Of a DNA stretch of 39,350 nucleotides, positions 17,056 through 26,441 are shown in pieces (positions within the stretch are counted from its first letter, which is position 1; the number at the start of each line of letters is the position of its first letter). The DNA comes from an uncultured Saprospiraceae bacterium. Lineage in GTDB: Bacteria; Bacteroidota; Bacteroidia; Chitinophagales; Saprospiraceae. The notes beneath the pieces are model-generated. The model worked only from the letters and a program-made list of their open reading frames with translations. It was not told the origin of the DNA and did no database searches. The translations under genes and the position numbers were made by a program. The DNA lies in contig CAZDET010000038.1 in assembly GCA_964504335.1 (NCBI GenBank), positions 8,930-48,279 of the forward strand. The letters are read 5' to 3'.

Positions 17056-18357
17056 TTACTCCTTATCCAATCCCGGATTGCGCTCCAGGAATTCGTCGTA
17101 CAAAAGCGTATGCCGGCTATTCATCGGGATTTTGTACCCGTTGATGAATACCTGTTCGATATCAGTTCTCGGCTCCATTGGATCGCCGGTAGCGATGAAC
17201 AGGCTAGCCCGCTTTCCGACTTCGAGGGAGCCGATTTCGTCGGCTACACCCATGATTTCGGCCGGAACGATGGTGATAGCTCGCAGCGCTTCCTCCTTAC
17301 CCATGCCGTAAGCGGCGGCAAAGCCCGCGTTGTACGGCAAGTTTCGGACGTTTTCTGTGTCTCCGGAGCGGATAGCGACCTTTACCCCGGCCTTAGCCAT
17401 CAACCCGGGGTTTTTATAGATCACATCGTAGCGATCGGAGGCACGGGTAGGTATCGACAACATCGGGCCAACGATACAGGGGATATTGGCAGCGGCCAAT
17501 GAATCGGCTACCCGCCATCCCTCAGCAACGCCTGTGAAAATGACATCCACGTCGTTTTCGGCGACCCAGCTCATAGCTGACTTGATATCCGCTTCGCGGT
17601 TCACTTCGATCAGGAGCGGCATTTCTTTGCGTACCACGGCAGTCATGGCTGCCGCCTGCGGGTTGTATTCCGGCTGGATGGAATTATCCGACTCGGCAGC
17701 CTGCAGAATCTTATCGTACAGCATGGCAGATTCCAAAAGGTCGTTCAACTCTTTTAACTGCTTCTCCTGATCCTTCTTGCGCTCCTCATCGGAGCGGCGA
17801 TCCCGACGCCCCCGACGGCTGGCATTGGGCCAGTTCACCACGATTCCCTTGAATCCGGCGTACATTTGCTCCGGGGTATACCCGACCAGGTCGATCAGGG
17901 CAGCCGTCCCGGAAATGGTGCCGCCGCGGGGAGCCGTCACCACGGTTGTGACCCCTTCCACTCGCGTTACGGGAATGGCAACGGAGTTGGGGTTGACCGC
18001 CGTCAGGGCTTCCATGTGGGGGATGATGTTTCCGATCTCGTTGGCATCCTGTGTCAGGGAAATGGAGCCGACTTCGATGAGACCGAGACTGGTCCCGGCA
18101 TCAATCAGGCCCGGATAGATGCGCTTGCCACTGCAATCGATTTCCTCGGCACCGCTGGGCACCGCGGCATTGGGGCCCATAGCGGCAATGCGCCCGTCCT
18201 GAATAATGAGGTTGCCTTGTTGCTCGCCGTTGGTGACCGTTACGAGGGTAGCGTTGGTGAGCGCGAAGGTACCGCCCTCGGGCTTTCCGACTACTTGGGC
18301 CGCCAGTGTGCCACACAGCAGACAGAGGGCCCAGATTCCGGCTATATATTTAGTCAT
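17056..18357 (-). CDS. amidohydrolase-family protein, secreted; metal-binding motif degenerate
   Basis: 433 aa with a signal peptide and an amidohydrolase (COG1228-like) fold. The HxH metal-ligand position reads PGLIDAGTSLG (no His). Contains a charged insert (RRGRRDRRSDEERKKDQEKQ). Confidence 0.7.
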   Translation of the reverse strand: MTKYIAGIWALCLLCGTLAAQVVGKPEGGTFALTNATLVTVTNGEQQGNLIIQDGRIAAMGPNAAVPSGAEEIDCSGKRIYPGLIDAGTSLGLIEVGSISLTQDANEIGNIIPHMEALTAVNPNSVAIPVTRVEGVTTVVTAPRGGTISGTAALIDLVGYTPEQMYAGFKGIVVNWPNASRRGRRDRRSDEERKKDQEKQLKELNDLLESAMLYDKILQAAESDNSIQPEYNPQAAAMTAVVRKEMPLLIEVNREADIKSAMSWVAENDVDVIFTGVAEGWRVADSLAAANIPCIVGPMLSIPTRASDRYDVIYKNPGLMAKAGVKVAIRSGDTENVRNLPYNAGFAAAYGMGKEEALRAITIVPAEIMGVADEIGSLEVGKRASLFIATGDPMEPRTDIEQVFINGYKIPMNSRHTLLYDEFLERNPGLDKE

Positions 18358-18384
18358 GATTGATTTTGCTTGTCCGATTAATTA

Positions 18385-19737
18385 TTAGTTCTGATTCAAT
18401 AGTTCCGCAACGCCTTCCATGCAGCGCTCGTCCTCTTCCTGGTCGATTGCGACCGGCTGAACGCGTTCGGGATCGACGGTGAGGCGCTGATCATCGGTAT
18501 CTTCGTTGATGTCGAACTCAACGATACCGTCTACAATAGTCATTTGCGGAATGGCGTAAATAGAGAGCGGATGGGCATTGAAAATGGCGATATCCGCTTC
18601 TTTGCCCACCTCGATAGAGCCGACCCGATCTTCGATGCCGAGCTGCTTGGCCGGGTTAATGGTGATCAGGGCGAGGGCTTCGTTTTCGGTGAGGTCGCCG
18701 TAGCGCATCGTCTTGGCGGCTTCGTGGTACAAGTGGCGGATCAACTCTCCGGAATCGCTGTTGATCGAAGTTACCACGCCGTTTTTAGTAAGGATCGCCG
18801 CATTGAAGGCCGTCGAATAGTACACCTCGAACTTGTAGGCCCACCAGTCGGCAAATACCGAGGCGCTCGCACCGTAAGCGGCCAACTCCGGCGCTACCTT
18901 AAAGCCTTCGTTGACGTGCTGGAAGCAAATCCGATCAACCTCGAAATCCTTTAACACATCGAGCAGCATGAGGATTTCGTCGGCCCGGTAGGAGTGGCAG
19001 TGAACAATGATATCACCCTTCAAAATATCGGCCATGGTTTCCAAGCGGCGGTTGTACATGGGTGGCACGGCATTGGGGTCGGTCTTGACTGACTCCTCGT
19101 AAGCAGCCCACTCCTCCATGTAGCGCTTGCCCTTGGCGAAGGCTTCGCGAAAGACCTGTTCGATCCCCATCCGGGTGCGAGGCTGGATGCCACTCCCTTC
19201 CCCGTGCACGCGCATGGGGTTTTCGCCGAGCGCAAATTTGATGGTACGTGGCGCCCCTTCCATGCGAAGGTCGGCCGGATTAAAGGTACCATAGCGGTGC
19301 TTAATTGTTTCGCATTGCCCGCCGATGGCATTTGCCGATCCGTGCATGGCATGTGAAGCAGTGACCCCTCCCGCCAGGGCACGGTAGATAGAAATATCGA
19401 GCGGGTCGAGTACATCACCTACCCATACCTCCGAAGTGACCGGGCTGGTGCCTTCGTTTACTGCATCCAGGGCGATATGAGAGTGCGCATCGATGATTCC
19501 GGGCATGACGTACATGCCGGTGGCATCGATCGTTTCGACACCGGAAGGAGCGGAAAGCCCGGAGCCGATTTGCGTGATTTTACCGTCGCGCACCAGCACA
19601 TCGGTATTTTCCAGAGTGCCGTCCGTGACGGTGAGCACTGTTCCTCCTTTGATCAGGAGATCGCCCGTAGGCGTTTGAGCCTGAAGGCCCACGGTAGCCA
19701 CCAGACACCAGAAGAAGATTATATGATAACGTTGCAT
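18385..19737 (-). CDS. amidohydrolase-family protein, secreted (intact metal-binding motif)
   Basis: 450 aa with a signal peptide, the canonical PGIIDAHSHI HxH motif, and other metal ligands present. Confidence 0.8.
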   Translation of the reverse strand: MQRYHIIFFWCLVATVGLQAQTPTGDLLIKGGTVLTVTDGTLENTDVLVRDGKITQIGSGLSAPSGVETIDATGMYVMPGIIDAHSHIALDAVNEGTSPVTSEVWVGDVLDPLDISIYRALAGGVTASHAMHGSANAIGGQCETIKHRYGTFNPADLRMEGAPRTIKFALGENPMRVHGEGSGIQPRTRMGIEQVFREAFAKGKRYMEEWAAYEESVKTDPNAVPPMYNRRLETMADILKGDIIVHCHSYRADEILMLLDVLKDFEVDRICFQHVNEGFKVAPELAAYGASASVFADWWAYKFEVYYSTAFNAAILTKNGVVTSINSDSGELIRHLYHEAAKTMRYGDLTENEALALITINPAKQLGIEDRVGSIEVGKEADIAIFNAHPLSIYAIPQMTIVDGIVEFDINEDTDDQRLTVDPERVQPVAIDQEEDERCMEGVAELLNQN

Positions 19738-19762
19738 AATTGATTTCCTTTAAATCATTCAT

Positions 19763-21445
19763 TTAATTAGGGTCGGAGTCGCGCGTGCCTTCTACGTCGA
19801 AGGTTCCCATCGGGCCGGCAGTCACGGTGCCTTCAATGTAGTTGCCGTCTACTTCGAGATCGAATTCGAGGTTTAGCGATTGCCCGCCGCCGTCAAACTC
19901 GGACGTGAAATACACGGTATTACCATCCACGACGATATCATTGACGGCCCGTCCATCACTGGCACCCTCCATTTGCATGACGCCTTCGTAGTCGCCGTCC
20001 GATCCGGTAAAGGTCATGGTTCCCCGCACCGTTTGCCCGGGTACTTCTACGGTGTAGGACCAGGTTCCGGCAATATTAGCCGGTTCGGCGGTGGAGTCAC
20101 CCGATTTTTTCTTTGGCTTCTTGGCTTCGTACTCGAAGATTTCTCCGTCGACGAAAACATAGCGCACAGCCGACTTTTCCTCGAAGTAAGGCCCATCGGT
20201 GATTACCAGATTGGCCAGTTTCCCCTGGGCGACGGTACCGTGCGTGGCGGAGAGCCCGAGCAACTCCGCAGGAGCTGTGGTAAGCGCGGCCAGCGCCTGC
20301 TCTTCGGCCAGTCCGTTTTCAATCATGCGCCGCAGACTTGCACGCACGTCTTTCGGCTTGGCATCCATGCCTGAGAACCCGAACGCGACGCCGGCCTTGG
20401 CCAGTTCGGCGGCCATTGTCTCGTACTTCTTCATTTCGGCTGCACGACGCTCCTCAAGCTGTTTCATTTCCTCGCTCATTTCCTCGTCGTCCTCTTTCTT
20501 CTTTTCCTTAGGCTGATCCGGCAACTCCAAGGTGAGAAAAACGGGGATTTTGCGCTCGGTGATGGCGTCGATGGCGGCCCAGGCTTCTCCGGCCCCGCCC
20601 AGAATCATGGAAAAGCCCAACTCGGATTCCAAGTCGATGGCACGATACACATCTTTGGCATTTTCCACGTAGAAAAAGACGGGTTGGGTCTGGTTAACTG
20701 CGGGGAGCATGGCCTTTACCTCCTTGGGATAGGTTGGCCGCGGCTTGCCCGCGGGAGCCTTTTGATACGCGACTTGATGCTGCTGCGCGTACTCGGCCTG
20801 CTTATACATTTCTCGAAACTTGGACATAACGGCCATCACCGTGGAGGGATACGCCCGTCCCCTGGCTCCTTCAAATTGAGCAAACAAGGCCGCCTCTGAA
20901 CGAATTAGCATTTCATCCGGGCTATCGCCAGCTAGCTGGATAATTGCTCCGTTTCCGGGTAGCATTCCTTGGTACGGTACGATGTGGGCGGTGGTGAATC
21001 CGACCTCACGCCAGTCCTTTATCGACTTTTCGGCCGGCTTCACTACAGACATGGCCGAACGCTGGGGGGTGATGCCCGCTACATCGTTGGGTGGATTACC
21101 GGGGGTGTAGTCGCGGGAGCGGTTTCCGTTGTCTTCTTCCTTCGGGCGTTCGACCCCAGTGTGGGAGAGCCCATCGATGAATCCGGCATAGACGAACATG
21201 GAATCCACTTCGATAACCTTTGCATCAACGGGCACGGTAACATTGGTGCCGACTGCCTCAATCAGTCCATCACGGACCACAATTGTTCCTCCCTCGATTT
21301 GCTGACCCGGCTGGGTCACAATGGTCACGTTTTGGAGCGCGTAGACCCGCGTGACGGGCCCCGGCTGGGAGCTTGCTGTCTGAGCGTGGACCAGGCACAG
21401 CCCACTGAGAAACAAAAGACAGCCGCTCAAGAGTATTCTCATCAT
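19763..21445 (-). CDS. amidohydrolase-family protein with extra C-terminal beta-rich domain, secreted
   Basis: 560 aa with a signal peptide. The motif position reads AGFIDGLSHTG (a single His). Contains a Lys/Glu-rich insert and a ~130-aa C-terminal extension. Confidence 0.7.
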   Translation of the reverse strand: MMRILLSGCLLFLSGLCLVHAQTASSQPGPVTRVYALQNVTIVTQPGQQIEGGTIVVRDGLIEAVGTNVTVPVDAKVIEVDSMFVYAGFIDGLSHTGVERPKEEDNGNRSRDYTPGNPPNDVAGITPQRSAMSVVKPAEKSIKDWREVGFTTAHIVPYQGMLPGNGAIIQLAGDSPDEMLIRSEAALFAQFEGARGRAYPSTVMAVMSKFREMYKQAEYAQQHQVAYQKAPAGKPRPTYPKEVKAMLPAVNQTQPVFFYVENAKDVYRAIDLESELGFSMILGGAGEAWAAIDAITERKIPVFLTLELPDQPKEKKKEDDEEMSEEMKQLEERRAAEMKKYETMAAELAKAGVAFGFSGMDAKPKDVRASLRRMIENGLAEEQALAALTTAPAELLGLSATHGTVAQGKLANLVITDGPYFEEKSAVRYVFVDGEIFEYEAKKPKKKSGDSTAEPANIAGTWSYTVEVPGQTVRGTMTFTGSDGDYEGVMQMEGASDGRAVNDIVVDGNTVYFTSEFDGGGQSLNLEFDLEVDGNYIEGTVTAGPMGTFDVEGTRDSDPN

Positions 21446-21577
21446 AATTGGAACGTATTTGTTTGTGTATGGCGATTCAGAATCCGCTCAAGATAAGGAA
21501 TGCTGTTTAAGCATGAAGTCTATATTTGGTGGAAGGCCGATTGCCTAGTTTATTTGACCGAATTTGGAGGTTGAACG

Positions 21578-21627
21578 CCCAAAAGTAAGCCTGACGGCTT
21601 GCCGTGTGGAGTGTGGCGTTTGTCAGG
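21578..21627 (-). terminator. weak hairpin + CUUACUUUU run overlapping the GAF gene stop
   Basis: Minus-strand RNA would form a cctgac...gtcagg stem (6 bp plus partial extension) followed by cttactttt. Confidence 0.25.
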
Positions 21628-22144
21628 TTGCGAACGTTCGATGGAGTAGTCGCTCCAAATAGTGTCGGTCTACGGCATCGAACGCGTCTTCTACGGTGGC
21701 ATCCACGTCGAATACGGCGATCAATTGGCCCTCCCGATCAAATACGGGCACTACGATTTCCGACCGGCTGTTTGGGTCACAGGCGATGTGTTCGGTTCCC
21801 TGAGCCAGGGCATGAGTATCGCCCACGATTTGGGTCGCTCGGGTAGCAGCTGCCTTCCCGCAAACACCCTTGCCGAAGTCGATGTATAAGCAACCTAACG
21901 TACCCTGATAAGGCCCCACGCGCAGCCGCCCATCCGCCACCAGGTAAAAGCCAACCCAATAGAAATAGGGCAGATAGGTCTTCAGCAGGCAATTGATCGT
22001 CGCCATTTTGAGGACGGGGTCCGTTTCGCCCGCCAGGTTAGCGTCAATCGCCCGCAGGGCAGTCTCGTAGGCTTGTTCTTTCTCCTGATGATCCAACAAC
22101 CGGGAGGGCTTAATAAAATAGGGCATTTCCTGGGTAGCAGCCAT
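21623..22144 (-). CDS. GAF-domain protein, free methionine-(R)-sulfoxide reductase-like
   Basis: About 173 aa from MAATQEM. GAF fold with the conserved GKGVCG motif seen in fRMsr/YebR-like proteins. The ORF could start 10 codons earlier, at 22174. Confidence 0.65.
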   Translation of the reverse strand: MAATQEMPYFIKPSRLLDHQEKEQAYETALRAIDANLAGETDPVLKMATINCLLKTYLPYFYWVGFYLVADGRLRVGPYQGTLGCLYIDFGKGVCGKAAATRATQIVGDTHALAQGTEHIACDPNSRSEIVVPVFDREGQLIAVFDVDATVEDAFDAVDRHYLERLLHRTFAT

Positions 22145-22147
22145 TTG

Positions 22148-22208
22148 GTAGACTTTTAGATATTTAGGCAACAAGATATTATTTAGCCTAAAAATCTAAA
22201 GGTCTAAC
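22148..22208. repeat. palindromic element with 8-bp-periodic TAGAC/TCTAAA units; 22-23 nt arms, 16-nt AT loop
   Basis: Left arm gtagacttttagatatttaggc. Right arm gcctaaaaatctaaaggtctaac. Sits between the DUF3857 stop and the GAF start, with the left arm beginning 4 nt upstream of the GAF ATG. Shares gcctaa-N3-tctaaaggtctaa with the 33165-33185 element. Confidence 0.55.
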
Positions 22209-22219
22209 CAAATTAAACC

Positions 22220-24142
22220 CTACGTCCGCTTTCCCCTCAACACCACACGCCGAGTTTCGGCTTTGCCGATATCGATGAAAAATTGGCGGAACGCTTCGTA
22301 TTCCGAGGCCGCAAGCCGGGCGGGCTGCCATTGCAGGGTTCGAATCCAGCGGAGCTGGTCGCCTTCAAGGGTGACAGCGCTGTGGTAAGTTCCTACTTTC
22401 GATGCGTATTCCAACGTGGGGTCTCCGAGGCTTTCGATTTCGTACCCTTCGGGAATGGATACGGTAACCGTATCGATGTAGGTGTGCGCCAGGGGAAAAT
22501 GAATGGGCAGCTGCCGATCCGCATCCAGCGGTGGCACCTCCACCATTGCTTCATGCTGGTAGAGCGGCACAAATATTCGAATGCCCATGCGGCGGGCGTA
22601 GCGCGGCAGCTCGTCGGAGTAGCTAATCCGGGCGCGGGGCGCGGCGGGCGCAGCCTCCAGCTCGAATTGAGTGGGCTGGGCATCCGGAAGGTACTGGTAG
22701 TCGGCCAACACTTCCAGCTGGTCCTGGCGGCTGTAATTGGCGTGCAGCTCCCGCATCCGATCGTGATCGGTACCGGTTTGCAGGCACTTGGAGTCGATGG
22801 TGGCGCTGCCGTCCGAGCGCAGGGTCACTTTGGTGTGGCGCCGCTGGCTATTGTCGGACGCCGGGGTTTCTACGATGATTCCACCGTTGGCAGTAACCAT
22901 CAATCCTTTACGCCCCGACGTACCGCCCCCCAGGTAGCCGGGCGGAGCAGTATTGCTGGTGCACTCCAGCCAGCGATCGATCTGCGGGATGTACAAAATG
23001 ACGTGGTTAAAGGCCGAGGTTGCAAAGCTGGGGTCAATTGGATAATACCAACTGGGCGAACCCGCAAAAATGAGCACGGGATACGACTCAATGCCCACCT
23101 CGGCCAGCAGCGCCCGCATGTAATTGGTCAATGCCTTGCAGTCGCCGTAGCGGTTTTTGGCCACGTATTCGGCGTCAAAGGGTTGCCAGCCGCCAATCCC
23201 CAATTGTACGCTCACGTAACGCATGCGCTCCTGCAGGTAGTCGTATAGGCGATCAACTTTCGCCTGAGGATCGGCCAGCCCGGAACAAATGGTCCGGATT
23301 TCCCCGCGTACTGCGGGGGGAAGGTCAGCCCGCCCGTCGAAAAGCGTGTGGATAAATTGCCCGAAAGCCGTCCAGCTTCGCATACTGCCGGCATAACCCT
23401 CAATGGTAAATTGATCGAGCGCTACGAGTACCTGCGGCAACACCTCCGTGCGGGATGGTGCAAAGGGTTCGGGTTCGATGGCGGGCACGGACCGGGCCTC
23501 CCATTCCCAGGTTTGGGTCTTCGAGTTGCTGCGGATGGTCGGTTGAAGATCCGTATTTAACGCCTTGAAGTGCAATTGATTATCTTTCGGCAGCGTAATG
23601 GCGTAGCGGCGATACGCACACGATTGGGCATAATCGACAATCTGCCAGTCCGGCAAGTTGGCGAATTCGAAATCCCGGATTTTACGCTCGTAGGAAAATT
23701 CAACGGTGTACGGATACTGATGGTGTCGTAGTCGTAGCAGTTCGTACCGATCGTCCTCGTAGAATGTGCCACTGCTGACCCAGGCAAAATCCTGAATGTC
23801 GCTTTTGCCGGCTCGCCGAATCTCGTTGCCGAGTTTATCGTAAAGGGTTCCCTTCAATTTATTCACCTTACTGTCTCCGCTGTAGGGGACCACGATTTCG
23901 AAGGCCTTGCTATCGCTGTTCAGGATAGTAATAATGCCGTGGTACCGGATGATGCCGTCGCGATCAGAGCGCGCCTCAATTTCCAGGTTTTCGTAACGGA
24001 CTACCTCGTTGGCTCCCGCCCGCAGCGCTTCGGGGATATCGAGCGCCTGGTAATCTGTGGCGGTTTGCGCGGACAGGATGATTGGTAGCCACAGGAATGC
24101 CAAACAAAAAAGACGATTGTTCATGGTTGTTTTTGATTGCAC
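22220..24142 (-). CDS. DUF3857 + transglutaminase-like domain protein, secreted
   Basis: 640 aa with a signal peptide. N-terminal DUF3857-like region. Transglutaminase-like core with candidate catalytic Cys in RYGDCKALTNYMRALL. Confidence 0.7.
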   Translation of the reverse strand: MQSKTTMNNRLFCLAFLWLPIILSAQTATDYQALDIPEALRAGANEVVRYENLEIEARSDRDGIIRYHGIITILNSDSKAFEIVVPYSGDSKVNKLKGTLYDKLGNEIRRAGKSDIQDFAWVSSGTFYEDDRYELLRLRHHQYPYTVEFSYERKIRDFEFANLPDWQIVDYAQSCAYRRYAITLPKDNQLHFKALNTDLQPTIRSNSKTQTWEWEARSVPAIEPEPFAPSRTEVLPQVLVALDQFTIEGYAGSMRSWTAFGQFIHTLFDGRADLPPAVRGEIRTICSGLADPQAKVDRLYDYLQERMRYVSVQLGIGGWQPFDAEYVAKNRYGDCKALTNYMRALLAEVGIESYPVLIFAGSPSWYYPIDPSFATSAFNHVILYIPQIDRWLECTSNTAPPGYLGGGTSGRKGLMVTANGGIIVETPASDNSQRRHTKVTLRSDGSATIDSKCLQTGTDHDRMRELHANYSRQDQLEVLADYQYLPDAQPTQFELEAAPAAPRARISYSDELPRYARRMGIRIFVPLYQHEAMVEVPPLDADRQLPIHFPLAHTYIDTVTVSIPEGYEIESLGDPTLEYASKVGTYHSAVTLEGDQLRWIRTLQWQPARLAASEYEAFRQFFIDIGKAETRRVVLRGKRT

Positions 24143-24161
24143 TGCTTAGAAAATATAATGG

Positions 24162-26186
24162 TTACGTGCGACTTCGACGCAGCACAATTTGCGTTTCCTG
24201 AATCTCGTGCACCCGATCGAAAAAGGCCTTTAAAAATTCGTACTCCTCCGGTGCAAATTGCAGCCGGTCTACGTGGAGCGATGCCTTCACGATCAGTTGA
24301 TTTCCCCGAGTGGTTGCGGAGTAGGTAAATCTGACGAGGCCTTCCGGGGTCAATTTCAGGAAGTGATCTTCCGGCAATTCTTCCAGCACGTAGCCGTTGG
24401 GTAAGTGGTAGGTGAGAACAACGTGATCTGCGCTAGCGTAGGGTATATCTACCGGGTAAGTGCGTTCGGCCAGTGAAAAGAGCTGCCCTTCCAAAACCGG
24501 GAGTAGCAATGGCCTCAGATACATGTAATCCCCGATTACCTCTGCGGCGGGAACGGAGCAATCTACGGCTACCTGCAAGTGCGGGGCTGCGTCCTGTAAA
24601 TCGAATGTGCGGACTTCCGCTTCCGGATAGTACTTGAGGAATTGACGTACGAGCGGACGTTCGTGGGGTTCCTCCGCCTTCAGATCGGCTTGCCCCGCCG
24701 CCGCCGCATAACTTCCCATGCGCCGGCGGATGGTTCCCTCCACCCAACCGTCGTCGCGAAGGTGCACTTCCCCCATCGTGACCTGCTTACTCTTCGGCCC
24801 TGCAATATCCACAAATCGGGGCTGGTCCGGATCGACTAACCACCCGCGGTGGTTAAGTGCATCCGTGCGCGGCAATCCCAGCGCGCGCAGGGGTTGGCCG
24901 GCATCCACCCAAATGGGGCCTCCTTCCGACTCGGGCAATTCCACCAGGATCATCAGGTGGTTGAAGGCGCCGTCGAGCGGAAAGAATTCCCACAATTGGC
25001 CATTATCGCGGGTACTTACCAAAACCGGATAGGCCTCGATACCGGCCCGCTTCAGGAGAGCCAGCACCATGAGGTTGATCGCTCCCGAGTTTCCTTCGCC
25101 CTTCTCGAATGCATCGTCCAACTTATTGGAAACTCCAATGTCATAATGACCGTTCCACTGCACCAATTCGTTGATGCGATCGTAGATGACCGCCACCTTT
25201 TCGCGATCCGTCGATGCTTTTTCCACTTCCGGCAGGATCGCTTCGGCTAGTTTCTTGTGTTTGTTTTTGCGCGAAAATTGCTTTCCGAAATAATTGCTTT
25301 CCATCAGCCGCTCGGCCAGCTTTGGCCAGGTGTTTAGCAAATTTTCGGCGGGTCTGTTCGGGAGTTGAATGGCGGATAATTGCATGCGTACTTGTGGTAA
25401 ATAATCCTCGATACTTGTCATGTATGGCTCCACCCGGTAGGCCGGTACCTCCTGCATGCTCTGGACCGTTTTTTGGAACTCGATATCCAAATCCCTCAAC
25501 GAGCTCCCTCCAGCTGCCACTATACCTCGCATGTATACAGGCAGGGCCCCCGCTGCGACGGATACCTGCCGTTCGATCGATTCGTTTTTGGTGTTCCCCA
25601 GATCAGCCGGCACCTGATTGATCGATACGTACCGAAACCAATTAGGGATAAGGGTGCTGAACTGACTAAATCGAACGGGAATTTCCTCCTGAAAATACCA
25701 ATTCGGCAAATTGAATGTATTCTTGCTGGCAAGGGTGTATCGGAACTCGATGATCGCCCCCTCGCAAACCTGCGGAAATGTGAACTTGATCGTTTCGAAG
25801 ACTTCGCTGGCGTCATCGACGAAAAAGTCATCTTTCCGAAGAGCAATTCGATTTCCGTTTGGTAAAATAATCTGAGCTTTCAATTCCCGATACTTCTGAG
25901 AATCGGATATCCGGAATAGCTCGACATCGGCGTGGCTGTAACCCGCTTTGGAAAGAATTTTCACCCGGCGGTGCCTCTTGAAAATCTGGTAAAGACCATC
26001 GAGTTCAAACTCGAAAGTAACAAAACCGAAATCGCCCAAGACGGCGGCAGCAGCGGTAGAATCAACGGGATAGCTGGTCATTTGAAGATCGGCGGCTTCC
26101 ACTTCCCCCCAGCGCATTAATTGCTGAGAAAAGGCGATCAATGGCAGGGAAGCAACCAGCAGCGCCGTGAACAGGATACGTAACAT
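24162..26186 (-). CDS. DUF3857 + transglutaminase-like domain protein, secreted (Ser at the Cys position)
   Basis: 674 aa with a signal peptide. Paralogous architecture to the downstream gene. The aligned core reads GEGNSGAINLMVLALLKRAGIEAYPVLV, with Ser in place of the catalytic Cys. Confidence 0.7.
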   Translation of the reverse strand: MLRILFTALLVASLPLIAFSQQLMRWGEVEAADLQMTSYPVDSTAAAAVLGDFGFVTFEFELDGLYQIFKRHRRVKILSKAGYSHADVELFRISDSQKYRELKAQIILPNGNRIALRKDDFFVDDASEVFETIKFTFPQVCEGAIIEFRYTLASKNTFNLPNWYFQEEIPVRFSQFSTLIPNWFRYVSINQVPADLGNTKNESIERQVSVAAGALPVYMRGIVAAGGSSLRDLDIEFQKTVQSMQEVPAYRVEPYMTSIEDYLPQVRMQLSAIQLPNRPAENLLNTWPKLAERLMESNYFGKQFSRKNKHKKLAEAILPEVEKASTDREKVAVIYDRINELVQWNGHYDIGVSNKLDDAFEKGEGNSGAINLMVLALLKRAGIEAYPVLVSTRDNGQLWEFFPLDGAFNHLMILVELPESEGGPIWVDAGQPLRALGLPRTDALNHRGWLVDPDQPRFVDIAGPKSKQVTMGEVHLRDDGWVEGTIRRRMGSYAAAAGQADLKAEEPHERPLVRQFLKYYPEAEVRTFDLQDAAPHLQVAVDCSVPAAEVIGDYMYLRPLLLPVLEGQLFSLAERTYPVDIPYASADHVVLTYHLPNGYVLEELPEDHFLKLTPEGLVRFTYSATTRGNQLIVKASLHVDRLQFAPEEYEFLKAFFDRVHEIQETQIVLRRSRT

Positions 26187-26276
26187 TAGGTTCTAGGTGT
26201 TGTTTTTGGTGTTAATGCTCAAATACTTAAGCATCTTGGGTATACTGCAAATATCTGTTGGGAGGCAATTGTACAG

Positions 26277-26319
26277 TCGGATTTGTCGACTAGTCTCCCC
26301 GAAAAGTCGACAAATCCGA
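26277..26319. repeat. perfect 15-bp inverted repeat with 13-nt spacer
   Basis: tcggatttgtcgact-agtctccccgaaa-agtcgacaaatccga, followed by tttt. About 120 nt downstream of the thioredoxin-like gene stop and about 90 nt upstream of the DUF3857 paralog-2 start. Confidence 0.5.
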
Positions 26320-26441
26320 TTTTACAATTGGCCCCTAGCTACAATCAGGTGTAACTACTGATGATAATATCTACCAGTATACGGCCAGGCTCCCGGAAAG
26401 TAGGATTGTCAAAATTGGGCGGTGCAAGTTCAGTCTCCGAC

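Noticed and set aside
22148-22208. Possibility that the palindromic elements are terminal inverted repeats of an IS/MITE.
   Set aside because: The arms are separated by only 16-35 nt, no transposase is present, and the elements are confined to intergenic gaps between stop codons. More consistent with terminator/REP-like hairpins. A MITE-like origin cannot be fully excluded.
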